IMG/VR virus record: IMGVR_UViG_3300046332_000238
Span: 32,001 to 96,000 of that record
Reading direction: 5' to 3' (one strand)
DNA length: 64,000 nt
DNA from: a virus
The position numbers and the translations under genes are program-made. Positions 58,698 to 64,000 of this stretch are shown here, in pieces. Numbering within the stretch: the stretch's first letter is position 1; each line of letters starts with the position of its first letter. The notes beneath the pieces were generated by a model that ran no database searches, was not told where the DNA came from, and saw only the letters and a list, made by a program, of their open reading frames with translations.

Positions 58698-59447
58698 ATG
58701 ATGGCATGTATTTACAAAGTTACAAATAAATTAAATAAAAAAACTTATATTGGTTATAGTAAAAATTTTGCAAAAAGAAAAAGTGTACATAAAGAAAATG
58801 CATTAAAGAGAAATGTTGGTTTTGTTTTCTACCAAGCAATTCGTAAATACGGATGGGACAATTTTGAATGGGAAATAATATATGAAAGTTGGGATGATAA
58901 ACATTGTTTAACTGTTATGGAACCATACTTTATCACAGAATATAATTCTTTTGGTGAAAATGGTTACAATATGACAAGAGGTGGTGAACGTGGACCAGAC
59001 ACAATAAAAAGAAAACCACTCACTGAAGAACAAAAAAATAATATTAGTGTACAAACAAAAAAAAATGCTTTGCGTGGTGAAAACCATCCCATGTATGGAA
59101 CCAAAGCGAATTCAAAATTTCTACAATCAGCAAAAACCTCCATGTTAGGTAAACAACATTCAGAAGAAACTAAAAAACAACAAAGTAATTCCCGAAAAGA
59201 ATATCTGAAATTGAATAATGCAGGAATGTTAGGTAAGAAACATTCAACTGAAACCAAACAAAAAATGAAGTCTAAAAGGTTAGAAAAATGGGAATTATAT
59301 AATGGTGAAACCAAACAAACCATATTAATAGATGATTTGATGGAATATAGTACAATAAATAATATAAATTACAAAACTGTTTACGCTTGGACATATCAAA
59401 TAATTGATGGTAAACAAAGACTAAAAAAGGTAGAAAATGGCTCTTAA
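58698..59447 (+). CDS. free-standing GIY-YIG endonuclease with NUMOD3 repeats
   Basis: CIYK.TN..N.K.YIG, AIRKYG, GYN.T.GGE and GKKHS.ETK motifs. Confidence 0.92.
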   Translation: MMACIYKVTNKLNKKTYIGYSKNFAKRKSVHKENALKRNVGFVFYQAIRKYGWDNFEWEIIYESWDDKHCLTVMEPYFITEYNSFGENGYNMTRGGERGPDTIKRKPLTEEQKNNISVQTKKNALRGENHPMYGTKANSKFLQSAKTSMLGKQHSEETKKQQSNSRKEYLKLNNAGMLGKKHSTETKQKMKSKRLEKWELYNGETKQTILIDDLMEYSTINNINYKTVYAWTYQIIDGKQRLKKVENGS

Positions 59448-62400
59448 TTTTAATGTTGATCCTTATTTTGATGACTTTGATCCGTCAAAGAACTTTCATA
59501 GGATTTTATTCAAGCCGGGCGTGGCAGTTCAAGCGAGAGAATTAACACAATCGCAAACATTATTGCAGAGTCAAATCTCTAAATTTGCTGATAATATTTT
59601 CTCTCAAAATACACCAGTCAATGGCGGCAAGGTTACTACCAACTTAAATTGTCAATATTTAAAATTAAATCCACAATTTAATGGTGTAAACATTGTTGCT
59701 GAAGATTTTAAAAATAGAATCATTCAAGATGCAACAGGAACAATTCTTGCAAAAGTTATTGCGACTGCTGAAGCCACAGGTACTGATGTTACTGCGGGTG
59801 ATCCACCAACACTAATCGTTACATACTTCACTGGTGGAGAGTTCACAGATGCAATGAACATTTTTCCAACAGACGGTTCAAATTTTGCGGCAACGACTAT
59901 TGGTATTCCAGACGGAACAACATGTACCGGCAAAGCTTCTGTTGCATCCATTTCTGACGGTGTATTCTATGTGAGAAACGGGTTCTTTACCTCATCAACA
60001 CAAAATGATGATGGTACATTCTCCAAGTATTCTATTGGTAACTTTGTATCTGTCCAACCACAAACAACAATTCTAAACAAATACAGTAATGTACCATCAT
60101 TTAGATTGGGTCTGTCTATAACTGAAACCGTTGCAGACTATGTGGATGATCCTTCACTATTAGATCCAGCAGTTGGTGCATCCAACTATCAAGCACCAGG
60201 TGCTGATAGATATCAAATTACATTGTCATTAATCACGTTGCCATTAGAATTGGGTAACGATGACCAGTTTATCGAATTGGTTCGTATCGAAAATGGTATT
60301 ATTGTTAAGCAAGTTGATAGTACCGTATATGCAACTATCGACGATTACTTTGCAAAACGCACATTTGATACTAATGGTGACTTTGTTGTTAATGATTTTA
60401 ACTTAACTCCTGTTGCGAATACATCCAACAGTGCAAAGTATGACCTAAAAATTGGTAAAGGTGTTGCATATGTTCGTGGTTATAAGATTGAAAATCAATC
60501 AGATACAACATTAATCAATGATCGTGCGCGTACACAACAAACACTAGACAATAATTCTGTGTTTGTGGACTACGGTTCATACTTTTATGTTGATACTGTT
60601 AATGGACTATTCGATGTAACCACAGCATTCCCTGTTGATTTACATTGTATTCCTGCAGCAAACATTGCAACTGCAAACGCGACAACCTATGCATCAACAT
60701 TAGTTGGTACAGGTTATATTCGCAATATGACATATGACCGTAACACAACTGCAGCAAATACTAAGTCATATGTGTTCAAATCATTCATGTACAATATTAG
60801 TACAAACCAATTAAATGGTAATGTTGCAAGTGCAAACGCAACGACGATTACATTAAGTCCAACATCATCAGGACAATTATCACCATATGCAAATGCATAT
60901 TATGGTGTCGTTATTAATATTCCAACAGGTACAGGTTCAGGTTATACAGGACGTATTACTGCATATGATCCAGTAAATAAAACTGCCACTGTAAACCCAA
61001 CTTTTACGATTCCACCAGACAGTTCATCAACCTTTTCATTTAAGTTTGATACATTTGATGTGGATTCACTTGCAAATACTGCAACTGGCACTACAACAAT
61101 CAACTCAAGTGCAAACATTAATGCATCAAGTAAGTCGAATGGTGTTGGTACAGGTGATACAATTCTGAACAATCCAAATGTACCAGAACTATTGTACAAT
61201 ATTGGTTATCCATATGTTGCAACACTAAGTGATAGTTCATACTCATCCACTAAAGTGTGGAGAACTAAAGCATTCAGTGGTACAGGCACAGTTTCATTAG
61301 CACTGACATTACCAGTTGCACTTCAAGGACAAATGACTTTTGCTGGTGGTGTTGGTGCATTATCACCAGATGCTATTTTACAAAACTACACAGTAATTGT
61401 AACAAGTACCACAGATACTGCAAACAATGGTGTTGTTGGTTCAGTTATGGATTTTACATCATCAGGCAATACAGTTACTATTGCAGCTGGTGCAAATACT
61501 GTTACGTTCACATCAACAAAATACAAAACACCATTAACTGTAAGTGTAATCTCAAAGGTTAATATTGGTAATGCTGATGCAACTGACCACTTCTTAAAAA
61601 CAAAAACATTGGTTACTGGTAACACAACCAATGTGAGTATTTCTGGACCAGATGGTATCATTGCATCAAATACATATGTTGACTTAACTGCGGGCCATGT
61701 CTATATTAAAAATGCAGCGTTATTATCAACTGGTCAACCACAATCATTGTATGTCACCGACTTAAAACGTTTAATTAAAGTTATTGACACCAAATCACCT
61801 GGTGCAGCTGCAACCGATGCAATGTTGTCAGATAGTTCATATGATGTAACCAGAAATTTCTCACTGAATAATGGTCAGAAAGATGGTTTATATGACCATG
61901 CGTTCTTAGTATTGAATGCTGGTGCACCAAAACCACGAGGCAACATTCTTGTAATATTTGATTTCTATACTCACTCATTTGCTGATGGTTATTTTAGTGT
62001 AGAATCGTATGTGAACGAATCATATGCACAGATACCGTCATACACCGCACAGAATGGTAAAACGTATCTGTTGCGTGATGCATTGGACTTTAGACCATCT
62101 CGCAAGAATGGTACAAGCACATTTGACTATGAATACAGTGCAAATCCAAGCACAAATGATACAGGTTTCTATATTCCACAAGACTTGACAAATTGGTTGA
62201 GTACATATTCATTCTACTATGGCAGAAAAGATAAACTTGTACTAACCAAAGATAAAAACTTCCAGATCATTCAGGGCAATCCATCAACAAATCCAATTCT
62301 ACCAGTACAACCTGATGGTTCATTGTTGATTGCAAATTTAACACATGATCCATATACAGCATACCTACCAAGTGAAACACCAAAAGGTGTATTGCCAAAC

Positions 62401-64000
62401 CTATCATTAGAAAAAGTTAAACATAGACGTTGGACAATGGATGACATTTCTGACCTACAGACTCGTGTTAATAATATTGAATACTATACCACACTAAATC
62501 TGTTAGAACAAAATGCACAATCATTACAAGTTCCAGATGCAAATGGTTTAAACAGATTCAAAAATGGTATTCTTGTTGATGACTTCTCGACCTATGCTGT
62601 TGGTGATACCAGCAACCCAGACTTTTCTGCATCGATTGATCGTATCGGTAAGAAAATGACTGCTGCTCAGTTGGTACAGAACTACCCATTAAGTTCAATC
62701 AACACATTGAATGCGATTGGTAAACCTTCAACATCTGCAAACACATTAGGATATCAGTTACATAATATTGGTAAAGGCACAAACATCTTTACTTTACCAT
62801 ACACAACAACACCAATCATCAAACAACCACTGGCAAGTCAGACCGTCAACTTAAATCCGTTTACGACTCCAGTATATCAAGGTGTGTGTTATCTGAACCC
62901 ACCGATGGACAACTGGGTTGATAATACACAAGAACCAGACCTATTGATTGTTGATCCTAATTTACAGATTTACCAAGAATCAAATACACTGAATACATTA
63001 AGTGTAACCAACTGGCAAACAATACCAGGCACACAAGTTACCAGTGTTGGCCCAAGAACGGTGAAAAATCGTGTTGCAACACAAACCACTACAATAACAT
63101 CAACACAATCACAAACCACTACACAAGGTTATTGGAGCAACTTAGGTTCATCATACAGTTCAAATAATGGTTATATTACAGACATAAGTATTCAACCATA
63201 TATTCGTTCACAATCTTTATTGTTCAAAGCAAAAGGTCTAAAATTAAATACTCCAGTACAAACATTCTTTGATGGTGTTTCTGTTGATGAATTCATTTCA
63301 AATCCTGACGTATTGGAACTGACTGGTGTAACAGGTGAATTTGCAGAAGATGATGTTATTGGTTATAAGGATACAGGATTAAATAAATTTTTACCAATCG
63401 CAACTGTTGTATCAATCTACAAATATCCAAATTCAACAAATGTTCGTTTGTATATTGCAAGTAACTTCCACACAACATTTGGTAACGTTTCTGGTGCAAC
63501 CACTATACAAAATGCATTCTTCGATGAGAATGGAGTTTATGTTAGTAAAACCGCAGAGGGTACATTACCTGTTTCAAGTGTAGTATCTTTTAACAATAAT
63601 GGTTTTGTTTCTTCTGTTGGTGGTGCATTTACCGATGCAACATTAACAAGTAAAACTTTATATCGTGCATCACACCCACGTTACAATGCGTTCTCACAAG
63701 CACACGGTGTTTGGAGTACACAAAAGAAAACAGGAAACGTTGACATATCATTTACAGTTAACTTCCCTAAGACTGCTACATATTACTTCCAAGCAGTGGC
63801 CGACGAAGATGGTAAAGTTTATCTAGATGGTGCAGAAAAAATCGACATGTTAGTTGAAGGTACTGCTTATCTGTACAGTCAATCAGTTACTGCCGGCGAC
63901 CATGTTGTTAGAATAACAGCAAATGCAGGTTCACCTTCAGATAACTTCATTGCGGTTGCTATTGCGGATACAGCATGGACAGCAGGTAAACCAACCACAA
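59437..64000 (+). CDS. large virion structural protein, VrlC/DUF4815-like (partial, over 1500 aa, runs off the window)
   Basis: MALNFNVDPYFDDFD...RILFKPG.AVQARELTQ, APGADR, LDFRP and RFKNG..VD.F motifs; absent from the ORF track because it has no stop in the window. Confidence 0.9.
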   Translation, partial: MALNFNVDPYFDDFDPSKNFHRILFKPGVAVQARELTQSQTLLQSQISKFADNIFSQNTPVNGGKVTTNLNCQYLKLNPQFNGVNIVAEDFKNRIIQDATGTILAKVIATAEATGTDVTAGDPPTLIVTYFTGGEFTDAMNIFPTDGSNFAATTIGIPDGTTCTGKASVASISDGVFYVRNGFFTSSTQNDDGTFSKYSIGNFVSVQPQTTILNKYSNVPSFRLGLSITETVADYVDDPSLLDPAVGASNYQAPGADRYQITLSLITLPLELGNDDQFIELVRIENGIIVKQVDSTVYATIDDYFAKRTFDTNGDFVVNDFNLTPVANTSNSAKYDLKIGKGVAYVRGYKIENQSDTTLINDRARTQQTLDNNSVFVDYGSYFYVDTVNGLFDVTTAFPVDLHCIPAANIATANATTYASTLVGTGYIRNMTYDRNTTAANTKSYVFKSFMYNISTNQLNGNVASANATTITLSPTSSGQLSPYANAYYGVVINIPTGTGSGYTGRITAYDPVNKTATVNPTFTIPPDSSSTFSFKFDTFDVDSLANTATGTTTINSSANINASSKSNGVGTGDTILNNPNVPELLYNIGYPYVATLSDSSYSSTKVWRTKAFSGTGTVSLALTLPVALQGQMTFAGGVGALSPDAILQNYTVIVTSTTDTANNGVVGSVMDFTSSGNTVTIAAGANTVTFTSTKYKTPLTVSVISKVNIGNADATDHFLKTKTLVTGNTTNVSISGPDGIIASNTYVDLTAGHVYIKNAALLSTGQPQSLYVTDLKRLIKVIDTKSPGAAATDAMLSDSSYDVTRNFSLNNGQKDGLYDHAFLVLNAGAPKPRGNILVIFDFYTHSFADGYFSVESYVNESYAQIPSYTAQNGKTYLLRDALDFRPSRKNGTSTFDYEYSANPSTNDTGFYIPQDLTNWLSTYSFYYGRKDKLVLTKDKNFQIIQGNPSTNPILPVQPDGSLLIANLTHDPYTAYLPSETPKGVLPNLSLEKVKHRRWTMDDISDLQTRVNNIEYYTTLNLLEQNAQSLQVPDANGLNRFKNGILVDDFSTYAVGDTSNPDFSASIDRIGKKMTAAQLVQNYPLSSINTLNAIGKPSTSANTLGYQLHNIGKGTNIFTLPYTTTPIIKQPLASQTVNLNPFTTPVYQGVCYLNPPMDNWVDNTQEPDLLIVDPNLQIYQESNTLNTLSVTNWQTIPGTQVTSVGPRTVKNRVATQTTTITSTQSQTTTQGYWSNLGSSYSSNNGYITDISIQPYIRSQSLLFKAKGLKLNTPVQTFFDGVSVDEFISNPDVLELTGVTGEFAEDDVIGYKDTGLNKFLPIATVVSIYKYPNSTNVRLYIASNFHTTFGNVSGATTIQNAFFDENGVYVSKTAEGTLPVSSVVSFNNNGFVSSVGGAFTDATLTSKTLYRASHPRYNAFSQAHGVWSTQKKTGNVDISFTVNFPKTATYYFQAVADEDGKVYLDGAEKIDMLVEGTAYLYSQSVTAGDHVVRITANAGSPSDNFIAVAIADTAWTAGKPTT

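Noticed and set aside
22082-59447. Group I introns hosting the GIY-YIG genes
   Set aside because: Flanking genes are not split and the spacers are too short for an intron core. The nucleases are free-standing.

Overview
64 kb of a large, AT-rich T4-like myovirus genome in standard genetic code. The host is probably a proteobacterium; the PqqA resembles betaproteobacterial sequences (inference). Layout: (i) 1-21 kb is an early/accessory region of small ORFs driven by 17 copies of one promoter (TTGCCA/TTGACA-16 bp-TANAAT), 10 of them with an upstream TGTTG-N8-CAACA palindrome; it also holds rIIA, rIIB and a MoxR/CobS-type AAA ATPase. (ii) 22-35 kb carries auxiliary genes: rubrerythrin and rubredoxin, a GalE-like epimerase, a beta-barrel outer-membrane protein, phoH, a 14-repeat propeller adhesin, a circularly permuted two-piece tmRNA with a small ORF in its intervening segment, pqqA and a SleB-like hydrolase. 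(iii) gp33, gp59 and gp32 follow. (iv) The tail/baseplate module has two tape-measure-like paralogues, gp51, gp26, gp54, gp2, gp4, gp48, gp53, a hub protein, a split gp5, gp25, gp6, gp7, a fibre protein, gp8 and a VrlC-like giant that runs off the end. Best candidate for an undescribed system: a covarying two-hairpin leader found three times, each directly in front of an antisense-oriented GIY-YIG nuclease gene, with a late promoter reading in and (in two copies) a sigma70 promoter reading out. Other highlights are a likely -1 frameshift fusing gp26 to gp51, the permuted tmRNA, pqqA, DnaA boxes near tandem 12-mers, and an amber-interrupted metallophosphoesterase. All gene calls come from motif recognition and synteny; no database searches were run.
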